From the NCBI GenBank assembly GCA_027624625.1, contig JAQBWH010000001.1, forward strand, positions 1,535-65,534: a DNA stretch of 64,000 nt, given 5' to 3'. How positions within the stretch are numbered: position 1 is the stretch's first letter; each line of letters begins with the position of its first letter. The translations under genes were made by a program, and so were the position numbers. Positions 10,960 through 20,627 of this stretch are shown here, one piece after another. The notes beneath the pieces were generated by a model. The model searched no databases and was not told the origin of the DNA. It saw nothing but the letters and a program-made list of their open reading frames with translations. The DNA comes from Verrucomicrobiota bacterium (GTDB taxonomy: Bacteria; Verrucomicrobiota; Verrucomicrobiia; Chthoniobacterales; JACTMZ01).

Positions 10960-11721
10960 CTACTTGCGGGCGGCTTGGACGATTTTGGCGAAGCTGCGAG
11001 GGTCGAGGCTGGCGCCGCCGACCAGGGCGCCGTCGATGTCGGGTTGATGGAGCAGTTCTTTGGCGTTGTCCGGTTTCACGCTCCCGCCGTATTGGATGCG
11101 GACTTTGGCCGCGGTGGCGGGGTCGAATATTTCCGACAGGGTCTTGCGGATAAAAGCATGAGCTTCCTGGGCTTGTTCGGGCGTGGCAGTGCGGCCGGTG
11201 CCGATGGCCCAGACGGGTTCATAAGCAATGACCGTGTCGAGCATTTGTTCGGCGTCGAGACCGGCCAGGCTGCCTTTTAGTTGCTTGGCCAGAACTTCGT
11301 GATGGCGGTCGGCATCCCGTTCCTCGAGGGTTTCACCGACGCAAAGAATGGGGCGCAGACTGGCCGCGAGGGCGGCTTTGACCTTTTTGTTCACCAACTC
11401 GTCGCTCTCGCCGAAGATGATGCGGCGTTCGCTGTGTCCGAGGACGACATAACGGGTGAAAAACTCACGGAGCATGCCGGCGCTGATTTCGCCGGTGAAG
11501 GCGCCGGACGGTTCGTGGCACATGTTTTGTGCGCCGAGCGTGATGCCGGGAAGTTCGGAGATGATCTCGGAGAGACGGGGGAGAGCGGTGAAGGATGGAA
11601 CGATAACAATTTCCGCGCCGTCGAAATTTTTCAACTCCAGCTTGAGATCTTCCATGAACGAGGCTCCGTCGGCGGAGGTCATGTTCATCTTCCAATTCGC
11701 AGCAATGATCTTTTTACGCAT
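10960..11721 (-). CDS. tpiA: triose-phosphate isomerase
   Basis: Start at the internal ATG (MRKKIIAANWKMN). Also LGHSERR, AYEPVWAIGTG and QYGGSV motifs. Confidence 0.93.
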   Translation of the reverse strand: MRKKIIAANWKMNMTSADGASFMEDLKLELKNFDGAEIVIVPSFTALPRLSEIISELPGITLGAQNMCHEPSGAFTGEISAGMLREFFTRYVVLGHSERRIIFGESDELVNKKVKAALAASLRPILCVGETLEERDADRHHEVLAKQLKGSLAGLDAEQMLDTVIAYEPVWAIGTGRTATPEQAQEAHAFIRKTLSEIFDPATAAKVRIQYGGSVKPDNAKELLHQPDIDGALVGGASLDPRSFAKIVQAARK

Positions 11722-11772
11722 AAAGGAGAGGACTCTGCCGTTGTCCGTGCCTCCTGACAAGCGTGCTTGCGG

Positions 11773-12825
11773 TCAGGGTCGGGGCAAAAGAGGTTCGATC
11801 GCACGGAGGGCCGGCCAGAAAAGGGGATGGCGGCTGATGCGGCTCAATTCGGAAAGGAGGATGTCGGATGTCTTGACGCGCTCGGCAGGCAGCATCTGGG
11901 CCAGCGGTCTTTGGTTTGGGGCGGTGAGCGTGCCAAGATAATAGTCTCCGCCGGTCTCGCGCCGCACCGAGGCGGTGGCGTCGCCGAGTCCGATTTCGAT
12001 CGAAGCCACGCAGGCCTTGGCCTCTTGGCTCGCGTCGAGCCGGACGGTCACCGTGCCGCCATCGCGCCGGCGGAAGACAGGTGAATGGTTGCCGTGGTCC
12101 AAGCTCCAGCCGAGGCGACTGGCGAGCCAGCCGACGAGTTGCAGGGCAGTGAGTCGGTGGCCGGAGGCGTGGACAATATCGACCCGATCAATGCGGTCGA
12201 TGCGGTCGAGGGCGGCGGGCAGGTCGAAGATCTGGGCCACGGCATAGCGCAAATGAAAAAGACGGGTCCAGTTGAGATCGGCGAAAGCGGCACGGGTGCG
12301 GCCGACGGACTGGATTTCGCGGAGGATACGGAATTGGGCCGCGGGGTCGGACCACGAGTTGCTGTCCACGATGAGGCGATCGACCCAGCGCCATAATTGG
12401 GAGTCGGGTTCCGGGTGAAGGTCGCCTTGCCACCAAAGATAAAGCGGCAGATCGGTGTCCAGATGGGAGAAGACAATGCTGGGCAGGCGAGCCGCAGCAA
12501 GGCCGTCGAGTTGGAAGGTGATTTGCTCCGAGCAGATTTCTTTTTTTCCCGTCTCGCGCCGGTGGCAATGCGCGGTGATCCAAGCGCGCACGGCGGACTT
12601 CTGCGCCTCCGGCTGCGCCTGGACGAGGACCGCACGGAAAGCGTGGTCGGCGGCAATCTCGGAGAGCAAAGGCGTGTTGGCCGCAATGGCCTCGGGGGAC
12701 TCGCTGTAGATGACGAGATTGACCAGCGAGGCGCGGACCTTGCCCGCGTCGGACTGCTTCCAAAGCAGGCCGAGTTGGCGGTCGATGTCACCGACTTCGA
12801 CGGAAAGACCGGGGGATACTGTCAT
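11773..12825 (-). CDS. opcA: glucose-6-phosphate dehydrogenase assembly protein OpcA-like
   Basis: 350 aa. Its ATG overlaps the zwf stop (ATGA at 12822-12825). Position directly after zwf and the general sequence character fit OpcA. The assignment rests on synteny plus weak recall of the family. Confidence 0.62.
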   Translation of the reverse strand: MTVSPGLSVEVGDIDRQLGLLWKQSDAGKVRASLVNLVIYSESPEAIAANTPLLSEIAADHAFRAVLVQAQPEAQKSAVRAWITAHCHRRETGKKEICSEQITFQLDGLAAARLPSIVFSHLDTDLPLYLWWQGDLHPEPDSQLWRWVDRLIVDSNSWSDPAAQFRILREIQSVGRTRAAFADLNWTRLFHLRYAVAQIFDLPAALDRIDRIDRVDIVHASGHRLTALQLVGWLASRLGWSLDHGNHSPVFRRRDGGTVTVRLDASQEAKACVASIEIGLGDATASVRRETGGDYYLGTLTAPNQRPLAQMLPAERVKTSDILLSELSRISRHPLFWPALRAIEPLLPRP

Positions 12826-14357
12826 AGACGGCGCCAGACGGCGTGGTCCTGCGAGAGTAGCTCGTCCGCCTGGCGCGGACCCCAGGAGCCGGCGGGATAG
12901 AAGTCGAGGCGCGGCGCGGAACTGTCCTTCCAGGCCTCGCGGATGTGGTCGATGAAGGTCCAGGCATGTTCCACTTCATCCCGTCGGGCGAAGAGGGTGG
13001 CATCGCCGCTCATGGCGTCAAGGAGGAGGCGTTCGTAAGCCTCGGGGGTGGCTTTGCCGAAGGAGGTGCCGTAGTGGAAATCCATTTTCACCGGTTCGAG
13101 CTGGAGCATCGTCCCGGGCATTTTAGCGGCCATGCGGAAGGAAATGCCTTCGTCGGGTTGGATGCGGATGACGAGAACATTGGGGTCCTGCAATTTACTT
13201 TCGCGGTTGAAGAGCACCGGCGGGGTGCCGCGGAATTGGATGGCGATTTCGGTCCCCGATTTCGGAAGACGTTTACCCACCCGCATAAAAAATGGCACTC
13301 CTGCCCAGCGCCAATTGTCGATGTGCAGACGGAGGGCAACGTAGGTTTCGGTCATGGATTCCGGCGCGACGCCGGGCTCGTGGCGGTAGCCGGGAACTTC
13401 GTGGCCGTTGATGAATCCTTCGGTGTATTGGGCACGGACAACATTCTCCGCGACAGCGGCACCGGTCAGCGGGCGGAGGGCCTGCATGACTTTGACCTTC
13501 TCGTTGCGCACGGCATCCGCACCGAGGTCGATGGGCGGTTCCATGGCGGTGAGGCAGAGGAGTTGCAGGAGGTGATTTTGCACCATGTCGCGCAGGGCGC
13601 CGGAGTGCTCGTAGTAACCGGCCCGTGACTCGACCCCGAGCGGTTCGCTCGCCGTGATCTGCACGTTGTCGACGTAGCGGCGGTTCCAAAGGGCCTCGAA
13701 GACGGTGTTGGCAAAGCGCAGGACCATGATGTTTTGCGCGGTTTCCTTGCCGAGGTAATGGTCGATACGGAAGGTGTCGCACTCGGGAAAAGCGGAGCTC
13801 ACGGCGTCATTGAGGCGCTGTGCGCTGGGAAGGTCGGTGCCGAATGGTTTCTCCACGATGATCCGGGACCAGGCGCCGGGTTTGGCCTGGTTCAGTCCGC
13901 TCGCGCTCAGGTTTTCCAGGATGATGTCGAACTCGGTGGGCGAAGACGCAAGGTAGTAAAGGCGGTTGCCGCGGGTGCCGAGACGTTGGTCGATCGCATT
14001 GAGTTCGTCTCGGAGCGTGGTGTAGCCCTCCGTTTGGTCGAAGCTGCTCCGGTGGTAGAAAATATCGGCCGCAAAACGGGTCCAAAGCTCATCGTTGAGC
14101 GGTCGGCGTGAATACTTACGTGCCGCTTCGCCGAGTTCTTCGCGGAAGCTCTCGCTGGTTTTTTCGCGGCGGGCAAAGCAAACCACAGCGAACGAAGAAG
14201 GCAGGTTGCCGTCAGCCGCCAAATTGTAGAGCGCGGGGATAAGTTTGCGCCGGGTCAGGTCGCCGGTCGCGCCGAAGATAACAATGATACACGGATCCGG
14301 CACCGGGCGGTTGACCAGGTGGAAACGAAGCGGGTTGTCGGAGGCGGCTTCTGGCAT
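12822..14357 (-). CDS. zwf: glucose-6-phosphate 1-dehydrogenase
   Basis: 511 aa. NADP site IFGATGDLTRRKL and active-site motif RIDHYLGKE. Confidence 0.96.
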   Translation of the reverse strand: MPEAASDNPLRFHLVNRPVPDPCIIVIFGATGDLTRRKLIPALYNLAADGNLPSSFAVVCFARREKTSESFREELGEAARKYSRRPLNDELWTRFAADIFYHRSSFDQTEGYTTLRDELNAIDQRLGTRGNRLYYLASSPTEFDIILENLSASGLNQAKPGAWSRIIVEKPFGTDLPSAQRLNDAVSSAFPECDTFRIDHYLGKETAQNIMVLRFANTVFEALWNRRYVDNVQITASEPLGVESRAGYYEHSGALRDMVQNHLLQLLCLTAMEPPIDLGADAVRNEKVKVMQALRPLTGAAVAENVVRAQYTEGFINGHEVPGYRHEPGVAPESMTETYVALRLHIDNWRWAGVPFFMRVGKRLPKSGTEIAIQFRGTPPVLFNRESKLQDPNVLVIRIQPDEGISFRMAAKMPGTMLQLEPVKMDFHYGTSFGKATPEAYERLLLDAMSGDATLFARRDEVEHAWTFIDHIREAWKDSSAPRLDFYPAGSWGPRQADELLSQDHAVWRRL

Positions 14358-14366
14358 GACAAAAAA

Positions 14367-15254
14367 TCAGGCCACCGCGCGCTCGAGCGAGCGGGCCAAG
14401 GTGATGGCGGAGGTGGAGCGGTTGAGAATGTAGAGATGCACTCCGGGCGATCCGTGGCGGAGGAGTTCGCGGATCTGGTGGTAAGCCCAGGTCACGCCGA
14501 CCGCTTCGGCGGCTTGTGGGTTGTCGTCGACCACTTGTAGTTGTTCGACCAAGGCGGTAGGCAACGACGAGCCGCACATCGGACCGAAGCGCTGCACTTG
14601 GGCCAGGGAAAGCGGGGGAAGTAACCCGGGGAGCACAGGCAGGTCGATGCCCTGGGCGCGGCAGGCTTTGAGGAATTCGAAATATTTCTCGTTGTCGAAG
14701 AAAAGCTGCGTGGTGAGAAAGGAAGCTCCGGCGTCCGCTTTGATTTTCAAATGGCGCAGATCTGCTTCCATCGAGGCGGCCTCGGGATGTTTTTCGGGGT
14801 AGGCTCCGGCCCCAAGGCAAATGTCGGGAAAATTTCCGCGGATCAGGGCAATAAGGTCGCTGGCGTAGCGGAGGCCGTCCGGACAAGGCACAAAGGCGGT
14901 TTCTCCCTTGGGCGGATCGCCGCGCAAGGCCATGATGTTGCGGATGCCATCCGCATGGTATCCGGCCACGATGTCGAGGAGTTCGGCTTGGGTCGACCCG
15001 ACGCAGGTGAGGTGAGGCATGACGAGCCAACCGAAGTCGTCGCGCAGCATTTTGGCGTATTTGAAGGTGCGCTCGCGGGTCGTTCCGCCGGCGCCGTAAG
15101 TGATGGAAACAAAGTCCGGACGGTAGGGGCGCAGGGCTTCGGCTGTGCGGAGAAGTTGTTCGCCACCTTCTTCGTTCTTGGGCGGAAAAAATTCCACGGA
15201 GAGAAGCGGGCGGTTCTCCGCGATGAGGTCGGTGATGGGCCGGTCGGGTTCCAT
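14367..15254 (-). CDS. metF: methylenetetrahydrofolate reductase
   Basis: SVEFFPPK, SITYGAGG and MALRGDPP motifs. Start set at ATG 15254 (MEPDRPITDL); an upstream GTG at 15293 is possible. Confidence 0.9.
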   Translation of the reverse strand: MEPDRPITDLIAENRPLLSVEFFPPKNEEGGEQLLRTAEALRPYRPDFVSITYGAGGTTRERTFKYAKMLRDDFGWLVMPHLTCVGSTQAELLDIVAGYHADGIRNIMALRGDPPKGETAFVPCPDGLRYASDLIALIRGNFPDICLGAGAYPEKHPEAASMEADLRHLKIKADAGASFLTTQLFFDNEKYFEFLKACRAQGIDLPVLPGLLPPLSLAQVQRFGPMCGSSLPTALVEQLQVVDDNPQAAEAVGVTWAYHQIRELLRHGSPGVHLYILNRSTSAITLARSLERAVA

Positions 15255-15339
15255 AGGCGAAGTAGACAAATAGTGCTCCGCCGGTCGCTCCACCCCAAGG
15301 AAAAATGCTTTGCCAAGGCGCAGAGGTGGGTCGGATGCT

Positions 15340-15537
15340 ATGGGGATGGGTCATCAATCACAGCCGGACGGCAACAGCCACGGACCTTCACTCGCCGTGC
15401 TTTTGCTCTGCGCGTTGGTCCTGGCCGGCGGCTACGGGGTGGCGCTTCTGCGGGGGTTGAAGCCCGGGCAGGAAGTGCGCGTGGTCATCATGGCGCCACC
15501 GGAACCTGCGCCCGGGTTGGTGACAGAACCGAAATGA
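15340..15537 (+). CDS. small single-pass membrane protein (hypothetical)
   Basis: About 65 aa with one hydrophobic helix (LAVLLLCALVLAGGYGVALL). Its stop overlaps the ATG of the ABC ATPase (ATGA at 15534-15537). No homology recognised. Confidence 0.35.
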   Translation: MGMGHQSQPDGNSHGPSLAVLLLCALVLAGGYGVALLRGLKPGQEVRVVIMAPPEPAPGLVTEPK

Positions 15538-16466
15538 GTGCCGCGGTCGAGACGACTGATCTGGGGCGTAATTTCGGTCCGCGCACCGCGCTTTCCGGGG
15601 TGACTTTGTCCATCTGCGCGGGGGAAATGTTCGGCTTGCTCGGACCCAACGGCAGCGGCAAGACAACCTTGTTCCGCATCCTTTCCACTTTGCTCGCTCC
15701 GGGGGCAGGCACGGCGCGGGTGGGCGGTTGCGACGTGGTGGGGGAAGCGATGGCGGTGCGCCATCAGATCGGGGTCGTTTTCCAATCCCCTGCGCTCGAC
15801 CCGCAGTTGACCGTGGAGGAAAATCTCCGCTGGGCCGGAAATCTTTACGGGTTGCGCGGAGGTGATCTTGCTGTCCGCGCGCGTGCGGCGGCGGAGGCGC
15901 TCGGCATATCCGACCGCTGGGCGGACCCGGTGCAGACTTTGTCCGGTGGTCTGCAGCGCCGGGTGGAAATTGCCAAATGCCTCCTGCCGCGTCCGCGTGT
16001 GCTCCTTCTCGACGAGCCTTCGACCGGCCTCGACCCCGCGGCCCGCGAGGGATTACGGGTAACTTTGGAGAGGGTGCGGCGCGAGGCGGAGGTCACCGTG
16101 GTGATAACAACCCATTTGCTTGAGGAAGCGGAGCGCTGCGACCGGGTGGCCATCTTGCACCGCGGGCGACTTGTTGCGTGCGGAACTCCGGCGGAATTGC
16201 GCGGGCGGTCGGGCACGGATGTGGCTGTGGTGTCGGGCCGGGAACCCGAGGCGCTGGCCGCTCGGGTGCGGGAAATTTTCGGCTGGCCCTTGTTGGTGCG
16301 CGGGGAGCGTCTGCGGGTGGAGGTTCCGGCTGGAGGCGAGGCGGCCGGGCGTTTGGTCAGCACGCTGGGAGCCGCGGCCGATACCGTAACGGTGGGTCGT
16401 CCCACTTTGGAGGATGTCTTTCTTGATCTGACCGGGGAGCATTTGTGCGGCGGGGAGGAAAGATGA
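15534..16466 (+). CDS. ABC transporter ATP-binding protein (DrrA/CcmA-like, ABC-2 exporter)
   Basis: Start at ATG 15534 (MSAAVETTDLGRNFG). Walker A GPNGSGKTT, signature LSGGLQRR, Walker B LLLDEPSTGLD. The 14751-15533 part of the ORF-track entry lies antisense to metF. Confidence 0.9.
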   Translation: MSAAVETTDLGRNFGPRTALSGVTLSICAGEMFGLLGPNGSGKTTLFRILSTLLAPGAGTARVGGCDVVGEAMAVRHQIGVVFQSPALDPQLTVEENLRWAGNLYGLRGGDLAVRARAAAEALGISDRWADPVQTLSGGLQRRVEIAKCLLPRPRVLLLDEPSTGLDPAAREGLRVTLERVRREAEVTVVITTHLLEEAERCDRVAILHRGRLVACGTPAELRGRSGTDVAVVSGREPEALAARVREIFGWPLLVRGERLRVEVPAGGEAAGRLVSTLGAAADTVTVGRPTLEDVFLDLTGEHLCGGEER

Positions 16467-17254
16467 GCGGGAAGCGCGGTTTGTTTTTTCTCCCGACCCT
16501 CGCTTTGTGGCAACGCGAGATGACGCGTTTCGTGCGCCAGCGCAACCGGATCATCGGCGCGCTAGCCACCCCGCTGGTTTTCTGGCTGCTCATCGGATCC
16601 GGCCTGGGGGAAAGTTTCCGCGGGGCCGAGGTCGAGGGCGGATTCATGCGTTACTTCTTTCCCGGCACGGTGGTGCTCATCCTTCTTTTCACCGCGATCT
16701 TTTCCACCGTCTCGGTCATCGAGGACCGTCGCGACGGTTTCTTGCAGGGTGTGCTGGTCGCGCCGGTCTCCCGTGCCTCGATCGTCTCCGGCAAATGTCT
16801 CGGTGGCATGACCCTCGCGGCCGCGCAGGCTGCTTTGTTTTGTCTGGCGGCCCCGTGGGCGGGTTTGCCGCTCGATGGTGCGGTGGTCATGCGCCTGCTC
16901 GTTGTCCTCTTGCTCGGAGGTTTCGCGCTGACCGCTTTGGGTTTTGTTATCGCCTGGCCGCTCGAATCGACGCAGGGCTTCCACGTCATGATGAATTTGG
17001 TGCTCATTCCGCTCTGGTTGCTTTCGGGAGCCTTTTTTCCGGCGCGGGCCGGCACGTGGACGGAGTGGGCGGCAGCATTGAATCCGCTGGCCTATATCAC
17101 GGCGGGTGTGCGGCGGGCGTTCTATGGCGACGGCGCCGATCTTGGCTTGGTGCCATCATTCGGCGCGGCCATGGCGGTGACCTTGCTTTTTGCCGCGGTC
17201 ATGTTCGTGTTTGCCCTGCGTGTGGTGAGGCGCGGAGGACCGGAGTCGCGATGA
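16463..17254 (+). CDS. ABC-2 type transporter permease
   Basis: Its ATG overlaps the ATPase stop (ATGA). About 6 predicted TM helices, with an ABC-2 style N-terminus (LWQREMTRFVRQRNRIIG). Confidence 0.85.
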   Translation: MSGKRGLFFLPTLALWQREMTRFVRQRNRIIGALATPLVFWLLIGSGLGESFRGAEVEGGFMRYFFPGTVVLILLFTAIFSTVSVIEDRRDGFLQGVLVAPVSRASIVSGKCLGGMTLAAAQAALFCLAAPWAGLPLDGAVVMRLLVVLLLGGFALTALGFVIAWPLESTQGFHVMMNLVLIPLWLLSGAFFPARAGTWTEWAAALNPLAYITAGVRRAFYGDGADLGLVPSFGAAMAVTLLFAAVMFVFALRVVRRGGPESR

Positions 17255-17988
17255 GGCCGGTGGCCAAGGCAACGGTCTTGCAGGCGGTGGTCGCCTTGGT
17301 GGTGGTCGGCGCTTTGATTTACCTCGCGCGTTCGGCTCCATTTCTCGGCGCGGTGGAGGAAACCGAAGATGTGGTGCGGCGTTGGGGGACGATGAGTATC
17401 GTCATCTACCCCTTGCTGGTCATGGCCGCGACGGTGCTTTTCCTGCCCGGGGGCATTTTGAGTTTGGGCGGCGGGTTTTTCTTCGGACTGTGGTGGGGAA
17501 CTCTGCTCGTCCTGGCCGGGAACTTGCTCGGTGCGGCCGTGGCATTTTTCGTCGGGGACAAGCTGGGGCGAAAATTCGTGCGCAAACGTATCTTGCGCGA
17601 CCCGCGTTGGGCGGCACTGGATGGAGCGATCGGCAAGCACGGGCCGCGCATTATTTTTTACAGCCAATTGAACCCGCTCTTTCCCACGAGTTTGTTCAAC
17701 TATCTTTACGGCATCACCAAGGTGCCTTTCTGGGAGTGTCTCAAGTGGGTCGCGCTCGGGCGATTGCCGGGTATTTTTCTTTATTGTTACCTCGGTACGC
17801 TGGGGCAATTGGGAATCCGTATATTGCGCGGAGAATCCGAACCGGGACCCGTGGAATATGCACTCTGGGGCGGGGGTTTGCTCCTCACCGTCGGAGTGGC
17901 CACCTTGCTCGGACATACCGCGACGAGGGTGATCGAGGAGTACCGTCGGCTGGCCCCGGTGCCGGAGGAAGAGAAAGACGTCGATTGA
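17251..17988 (+). CDS. TVP38/TMEM64 (DedA-related, SNARE-associated) family membrane protein
   Basis: Its ATG 17251 overlaps the permease stop. Family-typical FLPGGILSLGGGFFFG...GAAVAFFVGDKLGRKFV. Confidence 0.8.
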   Translation: MRPVAKATVLQAVVALVVVGALIYLARSAPFLGAVEETEDVVRRWGTMSIVIYPLLVMAATVLFLPGGILSLGGGFFFGLWWGTLLVLAGNLLGAAVAFFVGDKLGRKFVRKRILRDPRWAALDGAIGKHGPRIIFYSQLNPLFPTSLFNYLYGITKVPFWECLKWVALGRLPGIFLYCYLGTLGQLGIRILRGESEPGPVEYALWGGGLLLTVGVATLLGHTATRVIEEYRRLAPVPEEEKDVD

Positions 17989-18095
17989 GGGGGTTGTTAC
18001 GGGGTTCCTGTTGCGGTAGGTTTCGCATCCGCGTGCCTAAAATTGACATTTTTCTCCGGTTGCGTCCCTTGGTCATCACCAACCAGGCTTTCTAA

Positions 18096-19571
18096 ATGGT
18101 TGCGTGCCATTCCAGATGGCTGCGGGTCTCAGCTGCGGTATGTTTGCTCCTGCTCGGGGCGGCTGATGGCTGGGCGGCCAGTTGGCAGGTCAAGCGTCTG
18201 GCCGGCCGGGACTATCTTCCGGTCTCGCAGTTGGCCTCGTTCTACCAAATGCGCCTCATCGTGCGTGGCGATCGCGGGGTGGTCTTGAGTTCGGGGAAAC
18301 GACGCATTGAGTTCGGGAAAAATTCGCGTGAGGCGCGGATCGACGGGGTGAAGCACTGGCTTTCCTTTCCCGTGCTCTACTTCGGGGGGCAATACCACGT
18401 CTCGCGCATGGATCTGGCCAAGACCATCGATCCGTTGATCCGTCCGGAAAAAATCCCGAACCTCAAGCCGGTGCACACCGTGGTCCTTGATCCGGGGCAC
18501 GGCGGACACGATCGCGGTGCCGTGAATCGCTGGGGCTCGGAAAAAAATTACAACCTCGATTTGAGCCGGCGCATCCGCGCGCACTTGCAGAAGGCGGGTT
18601 TGCGCGTGGTGATCACGCGCAGTCGCGACCAATTCATTCCCCTGGAGACGCGTCCGAGTTTGGCCAACAAGATCGGGGACGGCGCTGTTTTTGTCAGCGT
18701 GCATTTCAATGCCGCTGCGACGCGCAATTCCTTGGCCACCGGCTTCGAGGTGTTCACGCTCACTCCGCGCGGCGCACCGAACAGCCATGACAACTACCTC
18801 ACGCGTCGCAGTTTTTCGGCGGAGCGGGGTCACAAGAGTGACCATGCCAGTCACGTTTTGGCCACTTCGATCCAGCATGCCAAGTTGGGGCTAGTACCGA
18901 TGTTCGATCGCGGGGTGAAGCGGGCCCGTTTCGCGGTACTGCGCGGTTCGGCAGTGCCGGGGGTGCTGATCGAGGGCGGGTTTATGTCAAATCCACGCGA
19001 TGCACGGCTGCTGCACACCGTGGCGTGGCGGGAGCGCCTGGCCAGGGCGGTGGCCGAAGGTATTCTGGGCTTCGTCAATCTGAGCAAGGAGGGCAGTCGT
19101 CCGAAATTATTGGCGCAATACCGGGCGGAGGCGGCGGCGGAACTTGCGGGGAGCTCTTTCGATTACCAACCACTGGCGGGAATCGGGAGTCTGGTGAAGC
19201 CAAAGTTCCCGGGTTTGTCCGGTTGGCGCTTTCTCTTGCCGGTGCCGCTCAGCGAAGAGATGCCGCCTTTCCGTCTGGAATACGAGCCGGCCGGCTGGGT
19301 GCAACTCGAGAGGTGGTCTGCGGCGGGCGAGGATGCCCGTTCGGCCGGACAACAAGAGGAAAGTTTTCTTTCCCGTCCCCGCGAATGGCCGGATCCGGCA
19401 CCCGTTTGGCCGGGTCTGCGCGGCTGGCGTTCCCTTCTGCCTCCTCGCGGGGCGGAGGAAACCTTCCTGCTTTTCGCGCCGCCGGAAGGTGCGCCGGTGG
19501 ATCCCGAAGCGGGCCGGGACCAAGGACCCGCCAAGAATTGGATTTTGGAAATCCTGGGCAAGGTGCTCTGA
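18096..19571 (+). CDS. N-acetylmuramoyl-L-alanine amidase (Amidase_3, AmiC-like) with unknown C-terminal extension
   Basis: Signal peptide present. Amidase_3 core VVLDPGHGGHDRGA...SVHFNA...EGGFMSNP. The C-terminal ~165 aa are of unknown function and carry a duplicated motif. Confidence 0.85.
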   Translation: MVACHSRWLRVSAAVCLLLLGAADGWAASWQVKRLAGRDYLPVSQLASFYQMRLIVRGDRGVVLSSGKRRIEFGKNSREARIDGVKHWLSFPVLYFGGQYHVSRMDLAKTIDPLIRPEKIPNLKPVHTVVLDPGHGGHDRGAVNRWGSEKNYNLDLSRRIRAHLQKAGLRVVITRSRDQFIPLETRPSLANKIGDGAVFVSVHFNAAATRNSLATGFEVFTLTPRGAPNSHDNYLTRRSFSAERGHKSDHASHVLATSIQHAKLGLVPMFDRGVKRARFAVLRGSAVPGVLIEGGFMSNPRDARLLHTVAWRERLARAVAEGILGFVNLSKEGSRPKLLAQYRAEAAAELAGSSFDYQPLAGIGSLVKPKFPGLSGWRFLLPVPLSEEMPPFRLEYEPAGWVQLERWSAAGEDARSAGQQEESFLSRPREWPDPAPVWPGLRGWRSLLPPRGAEETFLLFAPPEGAPVDPEAGRDQGPAKNWILEILGKVL

Positions 19572-19577
19572 GCGCGG

Positions 19578-20627
19578 TCAGGATTTCTTTTTTTCTTCCT
19601 CCGCCATCTCCTGCAGGCGGCGCATTTCGATGGCTTGCAGACCGACGATGGCGGCAACGGCGGCGATGGTTTCGGGCGAGTCGGCCCGCGAGACATCGGC
19701 CGCCGGTTTGGTCAACCCGGTGAGAATTTGTCCGTAAGCACAGTGGCCGAGAATGGCGGTGAGCTTGCCGCCAATATGCCCGCTGTGGAGGTCGGGAAAA
19801 ACCAGAACGTTGGCCCTTCCGGCCACCGTGCCGGCCACCGATTTGTTGCGCGCCGCTCCGGGCAGGAGGGCTGCGTCCGCCTCGAGTTCACCGTCGATTT
19901 CAATCGCGAGATGCCGCGCCTGAGCTTGCTGCCGTGCGAGAGCGGCGGCCGCGGCGACTTTTTCGGTGCCCGGGGTGACCGCGCTGCCTTTGGTCGAGAA
20001 ACTGAGCATGGCGACGCGCGGTGTTTCGCCCGTGAGTTGACGGCAAAGGTGAGCAGCCTGCAGCGCGATGGTGGCCAATTGTTCGACATCCGGCTCGGGA
20101 ACCACGCCGCAGTCGGCCATGACGAGCACGCCGTGGTGACCGATATCGGGCCGACCGGTGTCGGCCACGAGGCAGCTGCTGACCAGATGGTGCGGGCCCG
20201 AGGGCTTGACCACGCGGAGCAGGGGACGGAGGAGCGCGCTGGTCGGGGAATCCACGCCACCGACCACGCCGTCAGCCCGGCCGTACTGGACCATCATGGC
20301 CGCGTAGTAGTTTGGGTTGAGCAGCAGCTCCCGGGCATCGGAAAAACCGAGCTTCTTGTAGCGGTCGAGAGTCTCGAGAAAGCGGCAAAAATCCGGCAGA
20401 TCGGCGGATTGTTCCGGATTGATCACACCCAAATGGTCGAAAGGGATCTTCTCGCGCCGCGCGACCTCTTCGACCACGGCACGACGCCCGAGCAGGATGG
20501 GGACACCGAGGCCCAATTCGTAAAAGTGCCGGCCGGCGGCAATGGCGCGAGGATTTTCGCCCTCGGGAAAAACGATGCGTTTGGGATGACGGCGCAACCG
20601 GCCGAAGACGGATTCAATGAATTGCAT
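19578..20627 (-). CDS. pta: phosphate acetyltransferase (PTA_PTB family; a butyryltransferase is not excluded)
   Basis: 349 aa. N-terminus RIVFPEGENPRAIAAG and the general PTA_PTB layout. Confidence 0.78.
   Translation of the reverse strand: MQFIESVFGRLRRHPKRIVFPEGENPRAIAAGRHFYELGLGVPILLGRRAVVEEVARREKIPFDHLGVINPEQSADLPDFCRFLETLDRYKKLGFSDARELLLNPNYYAAMMVQYGRADGVVGGVDSPTSALLRPLLRVVKPSGPHHLVSSCLVADTGRPDIGHHGVLVMADCGVVPEPDVEQLATIALQAAHLCRQLTGETPRVAMLSFSTKGSAVTPGTEKVAAAAALARQQAQARHLAIEIDGELEADAALLPGAARNKSVAGTVAGRANVLVFPDLHSGHIGGKLTAILGHCAYGQILTGLTKPAADVSRADSPETIAAVAAIVGLQAIEMRRLQEMAEEEKKKS

Noticed and set aside
14751-15533. N-terminal 261 aa of the 571-aa ORF-track entry 14751-16466, and likewise 16507-17250 of the entry 16507-17988.
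   Set aside because: These stretches lie antisense to metF or out of frame inside the ABC-2 permease, and they look like junk. The conserved proteins start at internal ATGs (15534 and 17251) that overlap the upstream stop codons.
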